A DNA stretch of 64,000 bases from an uncultured Candidatus Saccharibacteria bacterium (GCA_964369115.1 CAYJED010000004.1:16428-80427), one strand, 5' to 3'; counted from the stretch's first letter, positions 38,810 through 49,045 are shown. The notes: a model not told the origin generated them from the sequence alone. A program made the numbers and translations.

Positions 38810-39325
38810 ATGAGTACAAATACAAAAAAGATTTGCAAATACTGTAAATCTGAAATCATTTTGTCTGCTAAAAAATGTCCACAATGTCAGTCGGACCTTC
38901 GTAACTGGTTTGTAAGACACTGGATTATTTCAATACTTATCGGACTTGTTGTTCTTGGAATAATAGGATCAGGATCAAACAAAAATACAACGACTGATAG
39001 TTCAAAAATACCGCAAGGATCAACTGAAAAACAATCAGGTAAACAATATGTAGAGGTGGTGAGGTTTAGTGGAAAGGGTCAGAAAAGTTCAGAACCTTTC
39101 AAGATCAGTGGAAGTAGGTTCAAAGTTACTTACGATTGTAAGGGTGACACCGCGACTACATATTGTGGAGCTTTTGCGTATAAAGTCGGTAGCAATATAC
39201 CTCAAGGTGTTATGAATGCCACACAAGCAGTAAAGGATGAAACTGTTATATATGGATCTGGTGAATATTACATAACAGCTAACACAATGGGTGATTTTTC
39301 TATGGTTATTTACGACTATAAGTAA
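38810..39325 (+). CDS. zinc-ribbon membrane protein (identical copy)
   Basis: Exact duplicate of 34477..34992. Confidence 0.45.
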   Translation: MSTNTKKICKYCKSEIILSAKKCPQCQSDLRNWFVRHWIISILIGLVVLGIIGSGSNKNTTTDSSKIPQGSTEKQSGKQYVEVVRFSGKGQKSSEPFKISGSRFKVTYDCKGDTATTYCGAFAYKVGSNIPQGVMNATQAVKDETVIYGSGEYYITANTMGDFSMVIYDYK

Positions 39326-39377
39326 CAAAAACAATAACTCATTATCGTGGTAAAATACATATAAGTTATAGAACTTT

Positions 39378-40067
39378 ATGGACGGTAATGAGGACTTCAA
39401 CAAGAGCACATATTGGGTACTTTCTGAACTCAAAGAAGAGAGTTTTGTGCTTTCGGATAACGATCAAGAAATAGAATTTTGTTTTGATGGTAGAAAAAGC
39501 TCACCAGATAAAAAAGTTCAAGATAGGGTGCTTCGTTTTCTCGAGAAAGAAAAAGCTGTTTCCCTTACAGCGTTTTATATAAAACCAAAGCCACTAAAAA
39601 ACCTAACTAGAAATTTTGATACCTATGGGTATGGACCAATTGGATATGATGTAAAACTACTACAGCCGAGATTTGATGAACTGTACAATGAATATTCTGC
39701 TTTCAAGTCAAACAAAAATAATAAAGAGCAGTATCAGTTCAATCTCACTATCTATCACGACAGAGGAACATTTTTTGTTGATGAGAAGAGAAAAATAGAA
39801 TTCAGAAATCTTATAAGACCACTTATTATTGAGATACTGTATAAAGCAAAAGGTAAAGATGTTGCTTCGGATAAAATAAAAACAGGGCTACAGAAAAAAC
39901 TACTGAAAGATGGGCACGTTGATAATATCACAAGTATCATTGACGATATGCGCAAGAGTATAAAAAAGCACCTAAAGATAGATCCTAAAATAGTTCTACC
40001 TGATGGTGTTTCTGGTCCTGGTTACAGAATTGGAGATATCGAAATCAATATTGTAAGAGAAAAATAG
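39378..40067 (+). CDS. hypothetical protein (identical copy)
   Basis: Exact duplicate of 35045..35734. Confidence 0.4.
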   Translation: MDGNEDFNKSTYWVLSELKEESFVLSDNDQEIEFCFDGRKSSPDKKVQDRVLRFLEKEKAVSLTAFYIKPKPLKNLTRNFDTYGYGPIGYDVKLLQPRFDELYNEYSAFKSNKNNKEQYQFNLTIYHDRGTFFVDEKRKIEFRNLIRPLIIEILYKAKGKDVASDKIKTGLQKKLLKDGHVDNITSIIDDMRKSIKKHLKIDPKIVLPDGVSGPGYRIGDIEINIVREK

Positions 40068-40375
40068 ATAAGACCTTGTAGGTATGGTGTGAATTATCAT
40101 ACTGAACAGCTTACTTTGTAACGGTTTCTGAATTCCTATAAGGTCGTAATGGGTATGTAATAGGCCCATACATATTTCCTACAATGTTTTTATGACGCTC
40201 GAAGAGTTCATAAAAACAATAGGCAAAGAAGCGGATGGACTATCTCAAGAAGAGATTGAGTTTTACTATACCGTAACAGTAAAAACCTTCGATATATTTT
40301 TTGATAGATACAAGAAAGAAAAAATGTTGGTAGCACACGGATAATTCATCATAAAAATGATAAAATATAACTATA

Positions 40376-42091
40376 ATGGACCAACCAATTTATGTCATAG
40401 GGTATGCTAGAGTGAGTACCCCAAAACAAGCTCAAACTGGTGAGAGTTTGGAGGCACAAGAAAAAGCAATAAGAAAATATTGTGAAAAGAAAGGATATGC
40501 CCTCTTTCCTGATAACAAAGTTTTCAAAGAGCCATATTCTGGGAGTAATCTTTTCAGGCCAGCATACAGAGAAATACTAGGAATTATAAAGAACAATATA
40601 CATTCAAAAACAAAGGTAAAATATTTAGTATTTTGGGACTTTGATCGTCTCACGAGAGGAGGTTCGGCTGATTATGATCAGATATGGAAAGATGTTTCTG
40701 AATATGGCGTTGAATTGAGAGATACAACAGAAATAATTCAAGAGGAAGTAAATATTATAAAGGAAGAGTTTGGTCTTGATATTGAATATGGTTGGAGCAC
40801 AGCCAGACCAAGTGAAGAAGCTGAAAAAACAAAAGCAGAAGACGCAAGGAAACATAAGCGAAAAATATTGCAGACAATGATAACGGCGGAGATCCGTCTA
40901 ACGATAGATGGCTATCACATAGGAAGACCTGATTATGGTTTTCAAAACAAAAAGATTTTTGTGGGCACAAAGAAAAAATGTATCCAGGAAAGATTTGAAC
41001 CCGAAGCGGTATTTGTTGAAAGAATATACAAACTTCGTGCTGAAGGGGTGCTTTCTGATCAAGAAATTTGTAACGATGTGAATACTTTAGGATATAAAAG
41101 TAGAACTTTCAATAAATGGAACAAAGACAAGACAAAAGTGTTGAGTGTTTCCGGGGGCAATAAACTGACCATAAAGCAGTTACAAGATATGATCAAGCGT
41201 TTTACTTACTGTGGTGTTATCTGTGAACGGTGGACCAAATATCAGCCGATAAAAGCAAAGTATGAAGGTCTTGTGACTGTTGATCAGTGGAATACAGCAA
41301 ACAGAGGTAAGGTTCAATTGGAAATAGGAGACGACGATTATTTCACTTTGCTAAAAGATGTAAATATTCATAGTAAGAAGCGTAAAAAATATAACCCTAA
41401 CTTTCCTTTCAAAGGTGTTTTGATGTGTGAAGTATGTGGTAAGGTGATGAAGGCAAGCGCTTCAACTGGTAAAAGTGGGAAACCTTTTCCGGCTTATCAT
41501 TGTGGTAGAGGTCACAAAAATAACGGTATCCCTAAAAAAGAACTTGAAGATGCTTTCAATAATTACTTGGAAAAGATAAAATTCACTGATAAGTTCTTGA
41601 ATATTTTTGAAAAGACAGTTTATCTACAATTCAGAAAGAGAGAAGGAGAGCTTGCTGATTATACAAGCAAGGCAAATATCAATGTTGGAGAATTAGAAGC
41701 GCAGAAATCTGCACTTATAAAGTCATTCCCAGCAGCAACTCACCCAGAGGTTAGAAAAGGAATAGAAGATGAGATAACTAAACTGCAAGACGAGATTGCT
41801 AAAGCAAGATCACAAAGAGATAAAATGGAGATCGAAGAAGCTGACGTTGAGAATTTTATTGCTTGGTGTAAGGAAACAATGGAACACCCAACAAAAATCC
41901 TTACAGATATTAGGTCCGAGCAAGAATTAGCGAACACTTTTTTACTTTTCTTTGAGAAGTTTCCTACCTATACAGAATTAGTTAGTGGAACACCTAAACT
42001 ATCTTTAGTTTTCAAGCTTTCAGAAGAATTCAAGGTCAATCAAGACCTGTTGGTGACCCTACGGAGAGTCGAACTCCGCTTCCAGGCATGA
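40376..42091 (+). CDS. large serine recombinase (integrated-form C-terminus, reads into tRNA-Glu antisense)
   Basis: Identical to 36043..37830 for 560 aa, then diverges at the GGTGA core into ...TLRRVELRFQA encoded by the complement of the tRNA-Glu 3' half. Confidence 0.8.
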   Translation: MDQPIYVIGYARVSTPKQAQTGESLEAQEKAIRKYCEKKGYALFPDNKVFKEPYSGSNLFRPAYREILGIIKNNIHSKTKVKYLVFWDFDRLTRGGSADYDQIWKDVSEYGVELRDTTEIIQEEVNIIKEEFGLDIEYGWSTARPSEEAEKTKAEDARKHKRKILQTMITAEIRLTIDGYHIGRPDYGFQNKKIFVGTKKKCIQERFEPEAVFVERIYKLRAEGVLSDQEICNDVNTLGYKSRTFNKWNKDKTKVLSVSGGNKLTIKQLQDMIKRFTYCGVICERWTKYQPIKAKYEGLVTVDQWNTANRGKVQLEIGDDDYFTLLKDVNIHSKKRKKYNPNFPFKGVLMCEVCGKVMKASASTGKSGKPFPAYHCGRGHKNNGIPKKELEDAFNNYLEKIKFTDKFLNIFEKTVYLQFRKREGELADYTSKANINVGELEAQKSALIKSFPAATHPEVRKGIEDEITKLQDEIAKARSQRDKMEIEEADVENFIAWCKETMEHPTKILTDIRSEQELANTFLLFFEKFPTYTELVSGTPKLSLVFKLSEEFKVNQDLLVTLRRVELRFQA

Positions 42092-42125
42092 GAAGCCTGT
42101 GTCCTAGCCGATAGACGATAGGGCC
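42051..42125 (-). tRNA. tRNA-Glu (anticodon CUC), CCA encoded
   Basis: The reverse complement folds as a cloverleaf: acceptor GGCCCTA/TAGGGTC, anticodon stem CAGGC/GCCTG with loop UUCUCAU, T-arm CGGAG-TTCGACT-CTCCG, 3' ACCA. Confidence 0.7.
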
Positions 42126-42341
42126 ACATAACATTTGTAACCAAATGTTCGGGCGGTCATTTGCCATAAAACCTAACAAATGATGTAGCCGATATTAGTT
42201 TTAGGTTTAAGTTAGTAGTTTTTAGTAAATACTAAGAAACTTGCAACTTTTACTGCAAAAACTAAGTAATCTGGATAATACCATGTTTTTGTCCTTAATG
42301 CAAATAGTCTATATTTTATAAGGTTTTTTAGAAATAGACTA

Positions 42342-42371
42342 TTGACAATATTGTTTAAATTGTTGTATAAT
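42342..42371 (+). promoter_or_regulatory. sigma70-like promoter
   Basis: TTGACA, 18-bp spacer, TATAAT. Confidence 0.4.
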
Positions 42372-42496
42372 GCTTGACTTTTTGTTACAGATTTGCTATA
42401 ATTACATTACACAATAGTTAAAGTGTTAAGTCAATAATACCTGTAAAGGTGTTTTATTTTTCACTGAAAATTATTTCAAAATCCTGACACGATCCG

Positions 42497-43060
42497 TTGA
42501 TGAAGCGTAATCATCTTCTTATGATAAACAAAATCTACAAGGTTACTCAGATGCTCGCGTTTGTGCCTTTCATGGCTATTCCGAGTATTTCAGTTTCCTC
42601 ACATATAGGTTCACTTGAGACGCGCCCCGTAACAAAGGAAGTCCGCAGAGTGGAAAGTATTCGTCAAGAACGTGCAGAGGCTATTAATGCTTTCTTTGAA
42701 GAACGTAATATGCCACTTCACGGAACAGGTATGACATTCGTTCTTGTTGCTGAAAAATACGGTCTTGATTGGCGTCTTCTTCCAGCGATTGGAATTCGTG
42801 AATCATCCGGTGGAAAAGCGGCTTGTGGATACAATGCCTTTGGTTGGGGCTCATGCAAGCTCGGACATAATTATTCAAGTTATGAAGAGGCCATTGAAGT
42901 TATTGGTAAAAATCTAGGAGGAGCAAATAAAAATACTGCTCGTTATTATGCCGGTAAAACAACCGAAGAAAAGCTTTATCACTATAACGGATCGGTAGAA
43001 CCTCCATACATTGGCGAAGTACTCGCAATCATGGATATGATCTCCGAAGATATTGACTAA
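42497..43060 (+). CDS. peptidoglycan hydrolase-like (glucosaminidase/muramidase family) secreted protein
   Basis: Signal peptide, then LLPAIGIRESSGG...YNAFGWG, resembling the ESGWG..NNLFG motifs of glucosaminidase domains. Confidence 0.4.
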   Translation: MMKRNHLLMINKIYKVTQMLAFVPFMAIPSISVSSHIGSLETRPVTKEVRRVESIRQERAEAINAFFEERNMPLHGTGMTFVLVAEKYGLDWRLLPAIGIRESSGGKAACGYNAFGWGSCKLGHNYSSYEEAIEVIGKNLGGANKNTARYYAGKTTEEKLYHYNGSVEPPYIGEVLAIMDMISEDID

Positions 43061-43184
43061 TTACGGTATCAAACAAAGCATCACCCTCGTAAGAGGGTGG
43101 TGCTTTGTTATTTTGTATTGTAAAAAGTGCATGGTAGGATAGTTTTTAGACTGTTCACTTTTTACAACACGGAGGACATCTGAA

Positions 43185-43478
43185 ATGAGAGTTTTGATTG
43201 TTGCTTCTCGTGGTCTTTTGGCATTACTTGCTGGAAGCAGTCTCCTGTATCAAGCAACTCCTGCGCAACTCATTCCGGTCGGCGGGTTTCCTGTCCCGAA
43301 GGATGATTCCTACAGGATGATGCTGGCTGACAGGCTGTTTACGCACAGCGCCTTCCGCACCCATCTTCCTCGCTTCGGTAAGCGTGCTCCTCATGGAGGT
43401 AGTGCTATGTTGCGCCAGCATGCAAGGATGAATGATCGCCGGCGTGGCGGGCGTCTCGGTTCTCGTAAGGGGCGCTGA
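43185..43478 (+). CDS. small secreted Arg-rich hypothetical protein (high GC)
   Basis: 97 aa with a signal peptide, about 58% GC. A terminator hairpin aaagccgcacccgttgggtgcggcttttt follows. Confidence 0.3.
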   Translation: MRVLIVASRGLLALLAGSSLLYQATPAQLIPVGGFPVPKDDSYRMMLADRLFTHSAFRTHLPRFGKRAPHGGSAMLRQHARMNDRRRGGRLGSRKGR

Positions 43479-43556
43479 GATTGAGGCTGTCCAGAAATAT
43501 GAAAGCCGCACCCGTTGGGTGCGGCTTTTTACATTCTTGTAGCACTTTCTAGTGCG

Positions 43557-43862
43557 TTAGTCCTTCTTATCAATCTTATTGATTGGACTTTTTACAAATA
43601 CGAAGTAGACAACGGCAAGTACTGCAACAAAATCAATCAAGCTTGAGATAAACGCCCCGTACTTAAATGTCACTTCTGTCATCGGTACTGTGTATGAAAG
43701 AGAGTTGAGGTTACCTGCTGCACCGGTAATTGCTCCGATAAGAGGGTTGATGAGATTTTCTACAATTGAGTTAACAATCTTTGTCACTGCTCCACCCATG
43801 ATAATACCTACCGCGAGCCCAAGCACTCCTTTTTCTCGAATAAAACTAATGAATTCTTTCAT
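43557..43862 (-). CDS. mscL: large-conductance mechanosensitive channel
   Basis: MKEFISFIREKGVLGLAVGIIMGGAVTKIV... matches the MscL N-terminus and TM1. 101 aa from the internal Met. Confidence 0.8.
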   Translation of the reverse strand: MKEFISFIREKGVLGLAVGIIMGGAVTKIVNSIVENLINPLIGAITGAAGNLNSLSYTVPMTEVTFKYGAFISSLIDFVAVLAVVYFVFVKSPINKIDKKD

Positions 43863-43934
43863 GGTTTGTGTAATTGAATTAGTATAAAGATAAGTATAGT
43901 CTTTTCGGGTCTCGCTGTATATACTTTCACTACT

Positions 43935-45065
43935 ATGGAGCAAAAAGAAAAATTCTCCCTTAAAGATCATCTTTTTAATGAAGCAAAAGTACAAAAGATC
44001 ACTAAAGAAATAGCTCAAGTACATTCTTCATTTAAAAAGTCTGCTTTTGTAAAAGAAACAGTACAAGCTTTTCCAAATCTCGGATTAAAAGAGCGTATAT
44101 TTCATATACGAGAAATGCTTAAGAAGTATTTACCGGAAGATTATAAAGATGCGATAAAAGTTCTTCTTTCGTCACTACCAGAGGAACTCGATCCAACAAA
44201 AGAAGATGATGATTTTGGGGATTTTATTTATGCACCATATGGGGACTTTGTGGCAACATATGGGAAAGATGCAAAAAATCTTAAAATCTCATTACAAGCG
44301 CTTCACGAGATTACACGACGTTTTTCTTGTGAAGATGCAATTCGTTCTTTTATAAATAATCATCAAGAAGAAACATTAAAGACATTAGAGAAGTGGACGA
44401 AAGACAAGAACTACCATGTGCGAAGACTTGTAAGCGAAGGAACACGTCCTAAGCTTCCTTGGTCGCGTAAGATAGGTATGTCTATAGAAAAAGCAATACC
44501 GCTTCTTGATGAGCTTTTTTATGACACAACTCGCTATGTAACACGCAGTGTTGCAAATCATATGAATGATATTGCAAAGCTTGATCCAAAGCTTGTACTT
44601 ACCACCCTTAAGCGATGGAAAGCTTCTAAGAAACAAAGTGACAGTGAAATGAACTTTATCATTAAGCATTCACTTCGCACCCTTGTAAAAGAGGGGAATG
44701 TCGAAGCGTTTTCTCTCCTTGGGTTTACACAGAGTGCTACTATTACACTTAAGAATTGTACAGCTTTAGAAAAAGCGAAGGTGGGAGATGTTCTTACATT
44801 TTCTTTTATGCTAGAGAGTGACAGAGATACAGAAGCAATGATCGACTATGTGATGCTATTTCAAAATAAAAGTGGAAAACAAGATAGTAAAAAAGTGTTT
44901 AAACTAAAAAAGCTCACTCTTACAAAAGGGGAGAAGGTGGAAGTGGCGAAACGCCATCCGTTACGAGCGGAGATGACAACTCGAACACTTTATAAAGGTA
45001 AACACACTGTCATTATTCAAGTGAATAGTAAAAAGCTTCACGAATTTAGTTTTGATTTAGTATAG
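43935..45065 (+). CDS. DNA alkylation repair (AlkD-like HEAT-repeat) family protein
   Basis: 376 aa, all-helical, with a YHVRRLVSEGTRPKLPW-type motif. A weak call. Confidence 0.35.
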   Translation: MEQKEKFSLKDHLFNEAKVQKITKEIAQVHSSFKKSAFVKETVQAFPNLGLKERIFHIREMLKKYLPEDYKDAIKVLLSSLPEELDPTKEDDDFGDFIYAPYGDFVATYGKDAKNLKISLQALHEITRRFSCEDAIRSFINNHQEETLKTLEKWTKDKNYHVRRLVSEGTRPKLPWSRKIGMSIEKAIPLLDELFYDTTRYVTRSVANHMNDIAKLDPKLVLTTLKRWKASKKQSDSEMNFIIKHSLRTLVKEGNVEAFSLLGFTQSATITLKNCTALEKAKVGDVLTFSFMLESDRDTEAMIDYVMLFQNKSGKQDSKKVFKLKKLTLTKGEKVEVAKRHPLRAEMTTRTLYKGKHTVIIQVNSKKLHEFSFDLV

Positions 45066-45252
45066 TAAAGGTTTAGTTGTAGATCTTTTACTCCCCGCAT
45101 ATACAAAAATTCCGAGAAAGAATCTCGGAATTTTTGTATATGCGGTGTATGTGAGTTAAGTACCCACAGGTCTAGACCCTGTAAAGGTATTTTAGCATCC
45201 TTTTCTTACTCTAAAATATGTATGTGGGTCACTATTGTTTTTAGATAAAATA

Positions 45253-45924
45253 CTACATTCCAACAATCTGTATGACTAACATCGCTATCTTTTTCTTATC
45301 TTCATCTGACAAAGAAACCCTAGAACCTTCTAACCTAAAATTAAAATAATCATCACTAATAAGATAGGCACCGATAAACTCAGTCATATCTTCCAAGGTA
45401 TTCATACTAAGTAAACCAGTATCTCTATTTTGCCTGTGGTAAACATCCATACCCGCGAGACCGTTGCAAATACCTTTAATGTTAAGAAATGCATACAGCT
45501 CTATATATGGATGAAACTTTTCATCAATATCATTTGATCCATTTAAGAAATTAATGAGGGCTTGCTCGTATCCAGCTTGATTTTGAAAAACATGAGCAGA
45601 TTCATGAGCTAATTTAACAAGAAGTTGCTCTTTAGCGCTATCAACACCCCAACCGAAACTGTCTACATTCTCTCTACGAAATGGCATGGCACCGAGAGCG
45701 ATCTGAGACATTCCATTTTCAAGTCTTTTTGTACTTGATTCAGCACTTGCTTCATTAATACTAAGTTCTCCGTTTACCACAGAAAGAATTTTACCAACTC
45801 TTAATGAATTTCTACTTTCTACATTGAGTAATACTTGATCCATAATCGGGGAAAGTCCAGAGAATAATCTTCTTGGTGCAGATTCTTGTATTGGATTATT
45901 GCTTTTTGATTCCGGTGTTTTCAT
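45253..45924 (-). CDS. HExxH-motif hypothetical protein (putative metallopeptidase-like)
   Basis: LAHESAHVF motif. Flanked by about 70-bp imperfect direct repeats. Confidence 0.4.
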   Translation of the reverse strand: MKTPESKSNNPIQESAPRRLFSGLSPIMDQVLLNVESRNSLRVGKILSVVNGELSINEASAESSTKRLENGMSQIALGAMPFRRENVDSFGWGVDSAKEQLLVKLAHESAHVFQNQAGYEQALINFLNGSNDIDEKFHPYIELYAFLNIKGICNGLAGMDVYHRQNRDTGLLSMNTLEDMTEFIGAYLISDDYFNFRLEGSRVSLSDEDKKKIAMLVIQIVGM

Positions 45925-46074
45925 AAATTATGTATCTGGGTCACTCCGATACTTTTTTATTTTTGCGGTGTATGTGAGTTAAGTACCCACGGTCTTAAGT
46001 GTTATAAGGCTATTTTAGCACTTTTTCTCTATGGATGCTAAGGCAAGTGAGTCGGGTATTCCAAATGCCAACAA

Positions 46075-46830
46075 ATGCCAATTTTTGGTATAATACAAGG
46101 TATGACAGTCGGCGAATTAGTAGCACAAATAGCATCTCAGAACTCCTCTCCCACATCAAAGGATATGGCTTCATCTATTGAGAAAGTCAGAGAAATCTAT
46201 GAGAAGAATTTCGGACCCGAAGCTCCTTTTAGGAAAGCTTTAGAAAAGAATATGGAAATGGTAAATTCTGCCGTTGAATCTGTAAGACCTCAACTTGAGA
46301 CAATGGAAAGACTTCGGTCTTCAATTCCGCACATAACACTTCCAAGGATGATAGAAGAAGATGATTATTTGCTTCCCGAAATGATAAACCCAATTCGTGA
46401 AGTGAGAGTAACTAATATTCACGAACTAACTGGTTACAAATCTAACAGGCAAAGCGATGTTGTAGTCGCTGAATATCTACTCCCTAAAAATGCCACATGG
46501 GGAAGTTTGGATATTAAATTTTTAGATGGACATATTGTTCAAGTTTCTTACCCAAGAATGAAATCAATGAAATTTGATTACAAAGATATGGGATTTTTGA
46601 ATATAAAAAGAAATATACCAAATTTAAAATGGGAACTGTTTAGAGCAATCGCAGAAAATGGAGGTGCACTGACAAAAGATAATTTTGATAGAAGGTTTGG
46701 TAGAAATGTTAAATATGAACTCAATAAAGCTCTCAAAAAGTTTTTTGGTATGAATACTGATCCAATAACCCATTACACTAAATGGCATGGATACCGTACC
46801 AAATTCTCTCTCAGAGGTGAACGATATTAG
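46075..46830 (+). CDS. hypothetical protein
   Basis: 251-aa ORF; no family recognised. Confidence 0.35.
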   Translation: MPIFGIIQGMTVGELVAQIASQNSSPTSKDMASSIEKVREIYEKNFGPEAPFRKALEKNMEMVNSAVESVRPQLETMERLRSSIPHITLPRMIEEDDYLLPEMINPIREVRVTNIHELTGYKSNRQSDVVVAEYLLPKNATWGSLDIKFLDGHIVQVSYPRMKSMKFDYKDMGFLNIKRNIPNLKWELFRAIAENGGALTKDNFDRRFGRNVKYELNKALKKFFGMNTDPITHYTKWHGYRTKFSLRGERY

Positions 46831-46964
46831 AATTGTCATTTTATTTGGAATGACGCTTAAAAGACTTTTTACTATATAGGTAAAAAGTCTTTTATTTTAT
46901 AGATAATCTCATCAGTCAGTCATAGAAAGTAAAAAGAAATTGTCATTTTGTCATTCAATGACGA

Positions 46965-48305
46965 ATGTTAGTAGAAGAGTTTAATAAGATCCTCTTCTCT
47001 AAAAACCCTATGGCAAAAGAAAAGATCATATGGTCTGCAGTTGCTCGCAAACTGCAAGACCTGATCAAAAACGGATACAATCCGCGCAAGTTAAGCGAGA
47101 ACGAACGAAGAGACTTGGAAAGGTCAATAAAGGAATTCGGAACAGTTGTTCCAGTGATCCTCAATACTGGCTCCCGAACCAATATTATTATTGGTGGCGA
47201 ACAACGAGTCAAAGTATATGCCGATCTCGGCATAGCAGAGATTGAGTGCATGATACCCTCCCGAGAGCTAACGCTTGAGGAAGAGCGAGAACTCAATCTT
47301 CGTCTCAACAAGAACACGGGTTCGTGGAATGAAGAACTTCTCAAAGAGTTTGATATGAGCCTGCTTCTTGATATCGGTTTTGGAGATGAAGAATTACAAA
47401 ACCTATTTGATGATGTTGACCTTGTCGAGGATGACTTTAACCTTGAAAAAGCACTCAAGGAAACAATTAAGCCGAAAGTAAAATCAGGAGAAATTTGGGA
47501 GCTTGGGAAACATCGCCTACTTGTCGGCGATTCTACGGATCAGGAACTCGTGCAGAAGCTCATGAACGGAGACTTGGCGGACATTGTGTACTGCGACCCG
47601 CCATACAACATCGGCTTGGACTATTCCAAAGGAGTTGGAAACAAGGAAAAATACCAGGGTTCGTATTCAGGCAAGGACGACTCCAAGAAAGACAGCGACT
47701 ACATGGATTTCTTGGACAAGAGCATGGAAGTGGCAAAAAGTATCAGCAAGAAAAATGCCCACTTCTTCTATTGGTGCGATTCCTCATATCTTTGGATGGT
47801 TCAAACCTTGTATGCAAAACACAAGGTAGATTCCAAGCGTGTCTGCATGTGGATCAAGAACAACCAGAACCCTACTCACAAGATTGCCTTTAATAAAGTG
47901 TACGAGCCGTGTGTATACGGAACGCTCGGCAAGCCATATCTCAATACAGGAATGAATAACACCAACGAGATCCTTAACCAAGAAGTAACCACTGGCAATC
48001 AAGTACACGATGAAATCCTAGACATGATAGATATCTGGATTGAGAAAAGGGACAACGCTCAGTCGTACCAGCACCCTACGCAAAAACCCGTCACCTTAAA
48101 CGAGAAACCATTTAAGCGTTGCAGTTCTCCACTGCATATCATCTACAGCGGATTTGCAGGAAGCGGTAGTGACCTAATTGCCGCCGAAGAACTACATCGC
48201 GTATGGCGTGGCGTTGAGAAAGATCTCATCTTCGCAACCATTGTCATTGACCGATGGGAGAAATTTACCAACCTTAAGGCAAAGAAAATCTATGAAAATA
48301 AATAA
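46965..48305 (+). CDS. ParB-like nuclease domain fused to DNA methyltransferase (DPPY, N6-adenine/N4-cytosine class)
   Basis: N-terminal ParB-like region (...GYNPRKLSENERRDLERSIKEFG..), then the DPPY motif IV (IVYCDPPYN) and, C-terminal to it, an FAGSGS AdoMet-binding motif with HPTQKP. Confidence 0.75.
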   Translation: MLVEEFNKILFSKNPMAKEKIIWSAVARKLQDLIKNGYNPRKLSENERRDLERSIKEFGTVVPVILNTGSRTNIIIGGEQRVKVYADLGIAEIECMIPSRELTLEEERELNLRLNKNTGSWNEELLKEFDMSLLLDIGFGDEELQNLFDDVDLVEDDFNLEKALKETIKPKVKSGEIWELGKHRLLVGDSTDQELVQKLMNGDLADIVYCDPPYNIGLDYSKGVGNKEKYQGSYSGKDDSKKDSDYMDFLDKSMEVAKSISKKNAHFFYWCDSSYLWMVQTLYAKHKVDSKRVCMWIKNNQNPTHKIAFNKVYEPCVYGTLGKPYLNTGMNNTNEILNQEVTTGNQVHDEILDMIDIWIEKRDNAQSYQHPTQKPVTLNEKPFKRCSSPLHIIYSGFAGSGSDLIAAEELHRVWRGVEKDLIFATIVIDRWEKFTNLKAKKIYENK

Positions 48306-49041
48306 AAGAGACACATTCAAAGTTGGCGATCACATCATTGCTTGCGGTGATTCGCTGGACAAGGCATTTGTCGGCAAGGTCATAGGAAGCAATAAGATAC
48401 GAGCGGTCGTCACTGATCCTCCATACGGCGTTGCGTATGTTGAGAATAAGAAAGGCTTTCTGAAACTTAGCTCTGATGAAGATAAAGCTATAACCAACGA
48501 TCATATCCAAACCGAAGAAGAGTATGGGGAGTTTACCCGCAAATACTTGGGAGCGGTTATTCCATATCTTGAAGAATACAATGCGGTCTACATTTTCAAT
48601 GCCGATCCGATGTTCCCGAGCCTACGCTCTGGCATGAAGTCCGCTGGTTTCTACTACAGCCAAATGATAATTTGGCTCAAGAACCAGCCCGTCATGAGCC
48701 GAAAGGATTACTTGTCGATGTATGAACTCATTGCATACGGTTGGTTCGGTAAGCATCGAATGGAACGGTCTAAAGCGAGAAATGTTATCTACCACCCCCG
48801 ACCGACCAAATCCAGACTTCACCCGACACAAAAACCGATCGGACTGCTCAGAAAAATCATCCCTAACTCAACAAAGGTCGGTGACATTGTTTACGATCCA
48901 TTCCTTGGAAGTGGCTCAACCGCTATTGCCTGTGAACACTTAGGTCGAAAGTGTGTCGGTATCGAGCTTGATGAAGCATATGTAGAAACTACGCTCAAAA
49001 GACTCGAAAAGCTCACTGGCGAAACAGCGATAAAGCTCTAA
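48292..49041 (+). CDS. DNA methyltransferase (DPPY class), second subunit or paralog
   Basis: VVTDPPYG, HPTQKP and DPFLGSGST motifs. Overlaps the upstream methyltransferase by 14 nt. Confidence 0.75.
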   Translation: MKINKRDTFKVGDHIIACGDSLDKAFVGKVIGSNKIRAVVTDPPYGVAYVENKKGFLKLSSDEDKAITNDHIQTEEEYGEFTRKYLGAVIPYLEEYNAVYIFNADPMFPSLRSGMKSAGFYYSQMIIWLKNQPVMSRKDYLSMYELIAYGWFGKHRMERSKARNVIYHPRPTKSRLHPTQKPIGLLRKIIPNSTKVGDIVYDPFLGSGSTAIACEHLGRKCVGIELDEAYVETTLKRLEKLTGETAIKL

Positions 49042-49045
49042 TGAA

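Larger units (their letters stand above)
37719..42051. mobile_element. integrative element copy 2, abutting tRNA-Glu
   Basis: Exact direct repeat of copy 1. The third GGTGA core at 42052..42056 lies in the tRNA-Glu acceptor 3' strand. Confidence 0.8.

Noticed and set aside
42126-42496. Possible gene in the 370-bp spacer after tRNA-Glu
   Set aside because: Only a promoter-like TTGACA-18-TATAAT was found. No ORF has an RBS or convincing length. It was left as intergenic.
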